In this document: positions 13,042 through 24,387 of the stretch, in pieces
How positions within the stretch are numbered: position 1 is the first letter of the stretch
Layout of the letters: every line of letters starts with the position of its first letter
Assembly (NCBI RefSeq): GCF_044704955.1
Contig: NC_091999.1
Span: forward strand, 28,520,001-28,584,000
DNA length: 64,000 bases
Direction: 5' to 3'
From: Pristiophorus japonicus
Lineage: Eukaryota
The notes under the pieces: model-generated
The model's input: only the letters and a program-made list of their open reading frames with translations
Told to the model about the DNA's origin: nothing
The model's database searches: none
Translations under genes and position numbers: made by a program

Positions 13042-14569
13042 ACTGATACTCCAGCTGACTGCTGCTATTGACATAGTGTCTGAGACATTGGATATATTTC
13101 CTTTCCTGGGATATGGGAATAGTTACACACATTTACACAACGAAAAAATTAAACTTATCTCCAGCACTGTTACTGGGTAAATGTGTATATAAATAGGTCT
13201 TTTGACAATGTAAAGATATTGAAGTTGGCTTCCAGGCATGCGGTCAGTAGTGAGAAAAGAGACCTTTGATTGACTGCACAAAACCCCACATGCTTCCTAT
13301 AAATGACACTGGTGTTCGAGGCTCGCGGACGGCAGTCGGTTGGGTTACTGGTAAATATTGTGTGGGTCAGATTAGCGTGAACAAGAATGGGAGAAAGATG
13401 ATATTTAACTATTTGAACATTAAATTATTCAGTCGAACTTTTAAAATAAGAAACATTTTACATGGTATAACATCTCAAGAATGATTTTCCGTAAATTCCA
13501 TGCTCACCATATTATAAAATAGGATCAGAAAATAATGAATTGATCGACACAGTATCTAATGAAAACCATTTCCAATAAAGAACATTCCAGATTATTCAGT
13601 CCCTTTATTCAGTACAGCATAAAGTGCTGGAGAGAGGTTTAATGGCCTCGCCCCACACTGTAATGAGATGACTGGGATTCGCAAAGTAACTAAAACAAGT
13701 TGTATTGCCTTGAATATTCTCACAGAGAAGTGCCAGCTGCACTTCTTTAATATTCTCACAGAATTTTGTGCCTGGTCTAAACTAATGTCTCCATTATTCC
13801 TGATTAGTAGCCGCGCAGTTTGCGATGTAATTTGAGCTGATTTGGATCCCTGAACAACCCCTCTCATAGCCCGGCTACCATTGGGTGGTGAAATGTCCAG
13901 ATTGTGATCTGTTTCTGCTGGAGATTAAGCATTTATTCCTGTGATATTCTGTAACATACCGCTATCTCCTCATACACCGTGTTCATGTTCCCCGTGTCTA
14001 TTACACATTCGGTCGCTATTAAAGTTAGCAGCAAGGATTTGGACGTCGAGGTTTGCTGATCACATTATCGGTTCTGATTCACAAGCTTCTCTCATGAAAC
14101 GCAGGTCTGAAGCGGGCGGGCCCCACATTCTTATGTGTCTCCGTCAACTCACTCCTTAATCATCAGTCAAGCGGACTTATTTTACAGCTAATTTTACAAA
14201 CGGCGGACTTAGGGTCACAGACTCAGGGGCAGTTCGTGAAATGCAATGAGAGACAATTGTATAATGTGAGGAGTATGATTTCATCTCCAGACCAAAAGTG
14301 TAGCTTTAGCCACTTACACCGTAAACAGAATCACATTACTCATCTCCCGCACTCGGTTACATAGAGTGATAACAGTTCAGATTATAGGGGACAAGTTATT
14401 GGTACAGATGCATGGATAGATAGCGGGAGATAGAGAAACACAAACTGGCAGTGTATTTAGAACCTGATAATTTAATTCAATCTCAGAGATCCACATCTCC
14501 TGTGAAACAGTGAGGAAATAAAAATATTTAATTTACAGTCCAGATGTGAGTCCATTCTGTTGGTGATGT

Positions 14570-14660
14570 GGAAGGTGTGACGTGGATCCAGAAACCGCCC
14601 CTATCAGGGAATCAATGGGCGGCGTCTGTAACCTCGCCCCCAGCTCCCGGGTATTTAACT
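14570..14660 (+). promoter_or_regulatory. IgH V promoter: CRE-like TGACGT (14578-14583), GC boxes, TATA-like TATTTAA (14652-14658)
   Basis: Motifs lie 100-170 nt upstream of the leader ATG; no ATGCAAAT octamer nearby, as expected for shark IgH promoters. Confidence 0.55.
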
Positions 14661-14749
14661 GCTGTCACTGGGACCGCAATACAACAGTCCGGGGGTGGGT
14701 TTGCCCAGTGAGTTCTTGCCGGAACCATTCACCACACATTGCCAGGAGG

Positions 14750-14795
14750 ATGAGGTCGGCGATTGCGCTCAGTCTGTTGCTGGCTTTCTTTTCCC
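14750..14795 (+). CDS. IGHV: IgM heavy chain leader exon (MRSAIALSLLLAFFS+C)
   Basis: ATG at 14750, hydrophobic signal peptide, phase-1 donor GTGAGT at 14796. Confidence 0.93.
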
Positions 14796-14921
14796 GTGAG
14801 TAGTTTTTATCGTCCAATCTCTCACTGTTACTGTCTCAGTGTTAGTCTCTCTCTGGAATGTTACAGAGTCAGGAATGATTTCACCAGGATTGATCCTCGG
14901 AGTTTTTGATTATTTTTACAG

Positions 14922-15227
14922 GTGTCCACTCGGATGTGGTGTTGACTCAGTCCGAGGCAGAGACCAGGATTCCCGGAGGCTCCCTGAGAGTGACCTGTAA
15001 AACCAGCGGCTTCAATCTTGGTGGCACCTCGATGTACTGGGTCCGCCAGGTTCCCGGACAGGGGCTAGAGTGGCTGGTTTACTACGACAGTCCATCGAGC
15101 AAGTATTACGTCCCAGGGATTGAGAGACGATTTACTGCGTCCAAAGACACTTCAAACAACATCTTCACGTTGGACATGAAGAAACTGAAGAGCGAAGACA
15201 CCGCCATCTATTACTGTGCAAGGGACC
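14922..15227 (+). CDS. IGHV: VH gene segment ([10 protein letters not shown]...YYCARD), unrearranged and open
   Basis: Acceptor TTTTTACAG at 14921; conserved C, WVRQ, GLEW and DTAIYYCAR; followed by an RSS. Confidence 0.97.
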
Positions 15228-15266
15228 CACAGCGAGATGAACCAGGGCTGGACCCGTACAAAAACA
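15228..15266 (+). other. VH 3' RSS, 23-bp spacer
   Basis: CACAGCG 15228-15234, 23 nt, ACAAAAACA 15258-15266. Confidence 0.95.
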
Positions 15267-15665
15267 GATCGAGGGGGAATTCAACAACTTCCATCATAAC
15301 GGTCAGTAATTGTGTCAAATGCAATGTTACCCGCAGTGTACAGAACAATACCATAAACCGCTTCTTACAAAACTAACACACTGAGAATTAAATGGGAAAA
15401 TCTAACACACTAACCCATCGACGGAGGGGAGGTTTGATTGTGCTCCTGTTTAATGTTAAAGTGTCAGCAATTGCAGAGCTGGAAATGATACTCGATTCAC
15501 TGTGCCTGGTACATGCAGGGAGTTGGGTAGAACTGTGTTTACTCTCTAGTGTGTTGTGCAAACTGTTGGCTAAATTCTAAACTTGATCAGAAGCGAATGT
15601 GTATGTGAAGTGAATGTCTATTTGACGTGAATGTTGAGAGTCAGTACTGAGCAGAGAGTGAGTGC

Positions 15666-15748
15666 AGTATATGTGCGGGTTCCTGTCACTGTGGGACTAC
15701 AGCAGTGGGCCACGGTGGTATACAGAGCGAGCTCTCAATACAAAAACC
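15666..15748 (+). other. D segment GGACTACAGCAGTGGGC (15694-15710) with 5' 12-RSS and 3' 22-RSS
   Basis: AGTATATGT-12-CACTGTG (15666-15693); CACGGTG-22-ACAAAAACC (15711-15748); this is the shark D1-type 12/22 layout. Confidence 0.93.
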
Positions 15749-16083
15749 CCAGACAGGGAGTTTGGTCAAACCTGCGATCATTAAAACGCCAGGAGCGTCG
15801 AAGGAACTGAGGCTTAAATAAAAATAAATAGAAGTAAAATATTTATCTATCTATATATATATATATATATATATTTAAATGCATAAAAGTTTTCTTCTTT
15901 ATTACTATTGATTGCCATGCTGAATCTGCACAGATGCTTCAGAATTATTCCAATCATTTTTGTAAATATAATGAACGGTACAAAATGAAATATCTCGCTG
16001 AGTCACTCTTACAGGAGTCGGAATCGGGTTTTTAGAGCTGGGTGGAATTTAATCTCTGTATTTTACAGTTAACAGTCCACCGG

Positions 16084-16111
16084 AGTATGTGACACGACGT
16101 GTCTCACTGTG
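16084..16111 (+). other. JH 5' RSS, best read as 12-bp spacer
   Basis: CACTGTG at 16105-16111; at 12 nt the nonamer AGTATGTGA matches the D 5' nonamer 7/9; no nonamer-like sequence at 22 or 23 nt. Confidence 0.7.
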
Positions 16112-16161
16112 TAACGCAATGGACTACTGGGGACAAGGGACCATGGTGACGGTGACTGCAA
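16112..16161 (+). CDS. IGHJ: JH segment (NAMDYWGQGTMVTVTA), possibly a germline D2-J fusion
   Basis: WGQG motif; phase-1 donor GTAAGG at 16162. Confidence 0.95.
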
Positions 16162-19100
16162 GTAAGGAACATTCACTCATTCAGTGACTCTTGTATTTGT
16201 GTCTTTATTTTATATTTCTGTTTATTTTAATAATTATTTTTTTCACTGAAATTTGGGTTCGGTGGATTTTGTTTTGAGATTTTTTGCAATGTTCAATGTT
16301 ATTCTGCTGCAAAGTGATTATAGAATTCAACTGTTTCTCCACTGAAAATGTTGTTGGTGTGATTTGGTATTTATTTGCTGACGAGACATGTGCCTGGGTT
16401 ACTCTAAATACGTTATGGCTTTTACACTGTTTGATGTTTCTGCAATATTTAATTTTGGTGACCTCTAATTGCTGCAGTTTTTCTGATCGAATGCAAACAT
16501 TGTGTATAAATATGTTTAAAAGAACATTGTAGGCACAAAACAGAAAGCTTAGCGATCAGTAAATAAGCTTAAGGAATTTTAAGTTTTTTTTTAATGCAAA
16601 TTGCATTGTCATCTACTGACCGAATGTTTCCGAACGCTCAGATTCAATACATGAGATGCTACTGTACTTAAGAACTGGAAAATTAACATATTTCACGCTA
16701 GGACACAGTTAAATTAATATTATTAACATTAATATAATGTAGCAATATCACCACGTTTTATTAAATATGCTATAATATCAACATTAATGTATTAAACATG
16801 ATCCGTTTGATCGCAATTCTGCTTTCATTATTTTATATTTCTGTTGAATTCAATCTTTAGTTATTTCAGTGTTAGGCGGGTTTGGTGATTGTGTAATGAG
16901 ATTTTTTGCAATGATACATTTGATTCTGCTGAAAGGGTTTATAAAATGAAGCGTCTGCTCCATGAAAGGTTCTGTCGAGGGATTTCGCCCCTCAGTGATG
17001 TGATTTAGTGTTGATCTGCTGAGGAGAGGTATGCCTGTGTTACTCAGAATACCTATAATTTGTGAAACTGTTTGGCGTTTCTACAATGTTTAATATCAGT
17101 GCCAGCGGGTAGCATCAGGTTTCTGCTCGAATGCAAACACGATATGTGTTTGAAACTGTTTGAAAACAGATTATAGGCAGAGAACAGGACGGGTTTAGAA
17201 ATCAGAAATCATTGAAAGGTATTTTAACATAACAATTATACAAGTGATAAATATATATTCAACTATTAATCTATCTTTACGATGCTGATATTTTATTGTG
17301 TGAAATGTAACTAATTTCCATCTACATAATTAATGTGTTCAGGTTGTAGTTGAATTAAATTAATATTAAGCAACCGATTATAATGCGATAATATCTCCCA
17401 GTGTTGTTAAAATATGCTATAAGTCTAATGTTAATATTATTCGCTTTCCAAAATTCTGCTCTGCACTGGGCTCCATTAAGGGAAGCAGAAATTTTTAGGA
17501 CTGGACACAGTTATTAATTATGCCTGCAATTATTTCACTGACAACATACTGATTCCACCGCTGTGTTCAGTTGTGTCAGGAGTTCAATTACTTGCTACCT
17601 CCTGTTTACACAGATGAATGATTGAGGGCAATTAATTATAACTTAAAGCCGTGTTGTAAATTGCATTTTGTCAATTTAATATATCTGCCGTGGTATGACA
17701 TTCTCACTGTGCAGCCGAAATTTGTTATTGAATCAATATTGTGTGTTGTTTGATAGAGTTATTACTAAATTAATCTTGAACACTTTGCAAGACCAAAAGC
17801 TGAGAGACAGGCGTCGCTGGCAGTCAAAGAATTGTTCATGTAATTATATTTAAATTCAAGGCAGGTTCCGACTGCGTATGGCTGGAGACAGGCAAATACT
17901 GCATTCATGCAGATTAATTTACTTACAAAAGGTTCATCTTATTTTGAATTTAAAACAAAATCTATTCTCCCAATACGCTGCTGTATGCGGAATAGAATAG
18001 TAGACAAAGTACAGATAATATCTGAGAGTTATGTTTAATTCTTATGAATATTAAATTGATGAACAAAGTTTCTCCTCCATTTGCTCATTCAGTTTCAATG
18101 TCGCATACGGTCTGAATGATTTGTTATCCTCCAGTTTTCACTGACCATTCTGGAAACTATTTTCAAGAAGTAGCAGAATATATTTAATCATTAAATTGGG
18201 GCATTGTGTGAATAACGGGAGTGAACTATAAAAGATTGTCTGTGTTACTAAACAGCGGAGGATCTGCTACTAACTGTAAACTACACGGGTGGGTTTTAAT
18301 AAATAATGACATTTTTGGGGTTTAAGATTGAGGAGAATCTTTCAGCTCGAGATTCCAGCATTAGTAAACAAGCGGTTTACAACCATTGGAGTTGTGACCC
18401 CGGCTGGACAGAGAACTATTTAAAATAGTTCACCCCTAAATCGATCATATGAAATGTTCTCTGCGAATAGACGCAGTTTATCCAATATCAGAAACATGCA
18501 GAGTTTAAAAAGATGTCGGTCGAGAGCGGGACAGCGATTGTTGTCAATTATTCAAATTTGTTTCGATTTAAGTAAAAATAAGGTATTTTTCTGAGTATTG
18601 ATATATTAATATGCTGCTTAATATTTTAATATTCATGAATTGTTATAGTAATTTAAGTTAACCTTAATATATCACAAGTTACTAGGCAGAAAAAGGTTTT
18701 AAAATTATTATTAATTAATTGTATTAGTAAGGCTGAAATTCAAGCACGTTAATTTAATTTCAAAAGTTCCAGGTACGTGTGCTTCTGAGCAGGAAGAGCC
18801 AGATAGGCACTCAGATTATTTTCAATAATCAGCTAACATGAACATTAACTTAGACAGTAACATCAGTGCTAATTCATTAAACATAAACGGTCCATTACAA
18901 TTGTGTTGCATACTGGTCAGTATTACACTTATTGCAAAATCTCAAGGGTTGCAGATAATGTTTAATTAATTCATAAGTTAATTTAGAAAACAATGCATGT
19001 ATAACCCGGCTGTGCTGAGTTCGATAAGGTGTCGCTGCAGATTTTAGTGAATTAACTTCCTGTTTTGCCTCGATGATTTTACAGGTTATATTTACTGATG

Positions 19101-19659
19101 AAAAAATATAAAATCAGTGGGTGATCAGGTTTCATTGTAGATGTCCCCTGGATTGTGATATTCTTATTCTGTCACTGATTCCCGTGTGACGGGCAGCAAA
19201 TTCCCGTGGAATGTGAATTATTTCCAGATACTTGCTTTCAGGGAAGTTCTTTTTTACACGGTTTACAACATAGTTGACAGAGATGGAAAAATGGCTGGAT
19301 GTTGAAGAATCTCTCAAATTAATATCAGTTGAATTTCAAAGAATCTGCAGAGTTGAGGTGGTTGGAAATTGACAAGAAGTAAATAAGAAATCAAGCAGCT
19401 TCATTGAAATTACAGATTGAGCTGGTCTTTTGTTCCGTTTCTGTGCGCCTGCTCACTGCGTGAGAATCAGGAGTCCTACTGACGGATTGTAAAACTTCTG
19501 GATTGTGATCCTGTATTGCAGGAAGTGTCATTTAACTCAGTTATTTAAGAAACTGGCATATGTGAGAAACGTGAAAGATTGACTTTAAGGTTGTGGAGTC
19601 GCCGCAGAAATGAGATCGGTAACCCAGATTATGATAGTCAGAAGGAGCAGTTCCAAAAC

Positions 19660-21040
19660 ACCATGGGGAGACAGTAGAATGAGCTTTAATCAGTTTCTAA
19701 CCCGGTTGTACCTGCCCTGGAAGTGTTTGATGGGACAGTGCAGAAGGAGCTTTAATCAGTTTCTAACGCGGTTATACCTGCCCTGGGAGTGTTTGATGGG
19801 ACAGTGTAGAGGGAGTGTTACTCTGTATCTGACCCATGCTGTACCTGCTGTGGACGTGTTTGATGGGACAATGTAGAGGGAGCTTTACTCTGTATCTAGT
19901 CCATGCTCTGCATGCCCTGGGAGTGTTTAATGGGACAGTGCAGAAATAATTTTACTCGGAATCCAAACCTTGCTATATTTGACCCGTCCTACAGGGTAGT
20001 GAAGTTTAATGTTCATTCAACCTTTGCTTTACATGACCTTAAGCGCCAGACGGATCGGTGAAGAGGGAGATTTACTCTATCGGATCGATCCTGTATCTGA
20101 TTTGAGTGATTTCCCAAAAATATTGAAGGAACCTCATCTGCTTCTAACTAATAAGATATCGAATTCGTAATGTTTATAGAATTTGAGCATCAGATAATTA
20201 TTGAATGAGATTGGTCTGATCCGAAGCTCACTTTCAGAACAAACACTTTCAGGATAGCAGCATCTCGTCTGATCTGCTGAGTACTCCAATTTATTTTGGC
20301 AATTTTGTACCTGCACTGGGATTTTTTGATGAAACACCGTAGAGGGAGATCTATTCTGTATCTAACCCATGCTGAACATGCCCTGGGAATGTTTAATGGG
20401 ACACTGTAGAGGGAGCTTTACTCTGTACCTGTCTTGGGAGTGTTTGATGGAACAGTGTAGAGAATGCTTTATTCTTTATCCAAGCCTTACTATTCCTGCT
20501 CTGAGTGTGTTTAATTGGCAGTGTGGAGGGAAATTTACATTTTATCTAACTCGTGACGTACCTGCCCTGGGAGTGTTTGATGTGACAGTCAAGAGGGAGC
20601 TTTACTCTGCAACTAACCCGTGCTTTACCTTAAATGGCAGTGATTGATGGGACATTGCAGAGATAGCTTTAATCAGTATTTAACCTTTTATTTACAAGGA
20701 CGTGGAGCTTAATTGGGTCCTTCAATATAGCTTGATCTATTTAATTAGAGCTCGAGGTGAGCTGGTGCGCTTTAATGGATCAGTGTATAGGAAGCTTTTA
20801 TTTGTACTTGTGATAATTGTGCTTAATCTAATCGGTCAATTTGATAACACATGTTAAGGGAAGGCATTTCGTAGCACATCTCTGCAGTACTTGAGCTGGG
20901 AATGTTTGACGGGATAATCCAGATAACGTATTACTCTGTATGCAACCCTTGCTATACCTGTCTTGACACACACGGCAGCACAGCGGGAGCTTTGCTCTCT
21001 TATCCGTGCTGTATCGGACCTGAGAGTGCTTGGTCAGGCA
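19660..21040 (+). repeat. About 66-bp tandem repeat blocks in the J-Cmu intron
   Basis: GAGCTTT recurs at a 66-nt period (19681, 19747 and onward); same family as 8545-8832. Confidence 0.85.
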
Positions 21041-21759
21041 GTGTTCAAGGCACCGTTATATGCGACTAACAGATAGCAGATAAACTGCTCGTGCCAGATA
21101 TATACAATAAATCGCTCCATTGCCCAGATTAAACAACGCACATTCATTGATGTTTATATTCTTTCAGAAAAAAAGCCCAAATTTAAATGAATTATTAATT
21201 TTTTAACATTTTAAGCATCAGATTACTATTGAACACGATTGGCCTGATCCTCAGCTCACTTTCAGAACAAACCGTTTTAGGAAGTGAATAACGGTCCAGA
21301 AAGCAGCGCCTGTTCTAATCTGTTGGGAGGCTCTAAGATATTTTCACAATTTAAATGGAGAATATCGAGATTCCCGCTTCAAATAACCGTCATGGGGACC
21401 TCATGTTTAGAAACATTATGTTGTTCAATTCTTCCTGAGAAGGTTAAAGGCAGGGACAAACTATGACGAGATGCAGCTATTGGCCTGGGTCACAACACAA
21501 GGCACACAATCACTGAGCTGTAATTCTGTGAAACATTTAAAGAGATAGAGTCAACCTGCAATAAGTCATCATTCACAATGAACGTTAAGCCTTTATAACA
21601 GCATGCGATTGACTAATTTGTGTCAGATTTATAAGATCCCTTTATTTTAAATATCCTCTTTCATTATAACGAACAATAAAAATAGATCTGGTAGAGTTGT
21701 CCAAAATATGAAGCGTTTCCTTCAATTAAATCTAAAAGAACTATTCCCACTGACTCGTG

Positions 21760-22700
21760 TAGAATGATAGCATCTCACAGCACTGGAAAGGCCATTCAGG
21801 CATCGTGCCTGTGCCGGCTCTGAAAGAGCTGTCCAATTTATACCAACCCCCCAGGGTTTTGCTTGTAACCGTGCAATTGAGTCATCCTGACTTACAGGAG
21901 GAAATGTCTGGAGCATTCCTGAAATTACCAACCCTCTGTGTGAAAAAATTACCCCAATTTCCCCTTTTGATCTTTTGCCAATTATTTTAAATCTGTGACC
22001 TTTGGTTACCCACCTACTTTCCAGCGGAAGCAGTTTCTCCCTACTTGCTCTATCAAAACATGTCATAATGTTGAATATCTCTCTTAAGTCTCCTCTTAAC
22101 CTCTGCTCCAAGGAGAACATCCCAGCTTCTGCAATCTCTCCATATAACTGAAGACCCCATCCCTGGCATCATCCTGGTAAAAGCCTCCCCTCTACACTCC
22201 CCAAGGGCTTGACATCCTTCCTACATTGTTGTGCCAGAATTGTGCACAATACTCCAGCTGAGGCCTAACACGTGATCTGTACGTTTAGCAAAACCGCCTT
22301 GTTTTTGTAGTCAATGCCCCATTTACAAAGTCAAGTATCCCATACGCTTTCATAACAGTCTTACCAGTTTGCCCTGCCCCCTTCAAATATTTGTGAATAT
22401 GTACATCTAGATCTCTTTGTTCATGCATCCCCTCAAAACAATACTATTTAGATTATACTGCCTCTCCATCTTCCACCCAATGTGCATCGCTTCTCAATGA
22501 TTCGCATTAAATTGCAATTGCCATGTCCCAGCCTATTTCACTGCTCCATCTGTCTCCTCATGGAGTCTGCTGCTTTCATGCTCACTATTGGCTACATTGC
22601 CAGGTTTTGCATCATCTTCGAAATTCGATATTGTATTCCCTATAACCAAGCCCAGGTCATTGTTATATAACAGGAACAACAATGGGAACTGAAATGGGCC
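21760..22700 (-). mobile_element. CR1 LINE 3' fragment
   Basis: Minus ORFs FSLEQRLRGDLREIFNIM and ISNFEDDAK (RT motif remnant). Confidence 0.8.
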
Positions 22701-23440
22701 ATTTAAGGAGAAACTTCCAATTAACCAGATTTTGGAATGGTATATTATTCGGATTATTAATTGAATGGGAGGGAGGAGGAAACTCAAGAGACATGCATTC
22801 AATAGGATGGGATAGAGCCCAGATCACAGTGCACTGAGGGACATCGCTCTCCCGCAAATGCTGAGAAAATAAGGGAGAAATTAGACTCAATCGCGATTCA
22901 CCTACAACTTGAATCTTAGAAACTAGACTATGGAAATGCTACCTGTTGAATTATGTGGTAGGCAAATTTAGAGGTTTTTTTTGTTAACATCCGAAGCAGG
23001 AATTCCGCTGTTACTTTGAAGTACAGTCACTGTTGTTTTGTAGGGATATGCCGCAGGCAATGTGCACAGAGCAAAATTCCCCAAACAGCAATTAAATAAA
23101 AGACCAGAAATGATGCTGATTGAGAAATAAATGCAGGCCGAAATAGCAGGAACACGTCTCTGTTCTTCTATTGTATGATCCAATGAAGGATTCTTTATTG
23201 ACGAGTTGTGTAAAGGTTCTTGTTGTGTAATATGTTAGAGCTAGGGGAAAAAAGGTGTGTTCCTCACCAGGGCATCGACAGGTGCTTATGATGGAACTGA
23301 CAGAAACTCAAATGCCCGTGTAGTCTTTGATGGGGAAATGGTGGAATTAGATTATTCTGCAGTCAAATTTCGAGTTGCTTATTTCTTTTATAAGCATGGA
23401 TTACAGAGACTAACTTGTTCAATGGGCCATTCTTTCCCAG

Positions 23441-23740
23441 TAACACCGCCTCCCCCCACCCTCTACGCCCTGCTCTCCACTTGTGAACAACCAAGCACCG
23501 ATGGCTTCATCACGTATGGTTGTTTGGCGATGGACTACTCCCCCGATATAACCAGCATTTCCTGGATGAAAGATGAAGTGCCAATCACCACTGGATTGAA
23601 GACATACCCATCAATGCTCACCAAGAAGGGAACCTACACCCAGAGCAGCCAGTTAAGCATCAACGAGACAGATGTGGGGAACAGCACAATCTACTGTGAG
23701 GTTCGACGTGGTGTATCGGTCTGGGCCATCACAATGCGAG
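23441..23740 (+). CDS. IGHM: IgM Cmu1 exon
   Basis: Acceptor TTTCCCAG at 23440; TPPPPTLY...[10 protein letters not shown]...SW...YPS...YCEV C1-set domain; donor GTTAGT at 23741; phase 1/1. Confidence 0.96.
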
Positions 23741-23764
23741 GTTAGTGATATGGGTTACAGGGCA

Positions 23765-24265
23765 AACTATGATAAGGTGAGGAATTATGTTCAACTTGTG
23801 TAGAAATTTGGTTAGACAACACTTAGAGTACTGTGTACAGTTGTGGTTTCCATATCATACTTAGAATACTGCGCATCGTTCTAGTCTCCTTATCACATTT
23901 AGAATATTGTTCACAAATCTGATTTCCATCTCATACTTAGAAGAGTGTCTAAAGTTCTGGTCTCCATATCATACTTAAAATAGTATGCACAGTTCCGTTC
24001 TCCATATCACAGTTAGAATACTGTACACAGTTCTGTTCTCCATATCACACTTAGAATATTGTTTCAAGTTCTGGTTTCCATCTCATACTTAGAATAAAGG
24101 TGTAAAGTTCTGGTCTCCATATCATACTTAGAATAGTACGCATAGTTCAGGTCCCCATATCACACTTAGAATAATGTGCATGGTTCTGGTCCCCATATCG
24201 CACTTAGAATATTATGCACAGTTCTGGTCTGTATATTACACTGAGAATACTGTGCAAAGTTCTGC
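23765..24265 (+). repeat. 38-bp minisatellite derived from CR1 RT (HLEYCVQFWSPY segment)
   Basis: Unit CACTTAGAATACTGTACACAGTTCTGGTCTCCATATCA, about 11-12 copies. Confidence 0.85.
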
Positions 24266-24387
24266 TCTCTGTAAATGCCAGGTTAGTGTTAGTCTGACAG
24301 CAAAGAACTTGTTAAAATATAAGGACACTTTGCATTTCATAATCATTTATTTTCCAAGCAATGTTATTAATATGTCTTCTCTTGAAG

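Noticed and set aside
12848-13180. ORFs spanning 12.9-13.0 kb
   Set aside because: Artefacts of the N gap
15749-16083. A second D segment, or a 23-RSS for J using GGTTTTTAG at 16027
   Set aside because: No heptamer at 12 or 22/23 nt from that nonamer-like motif, and no paired CACTGTG/CACAGTG in the interval
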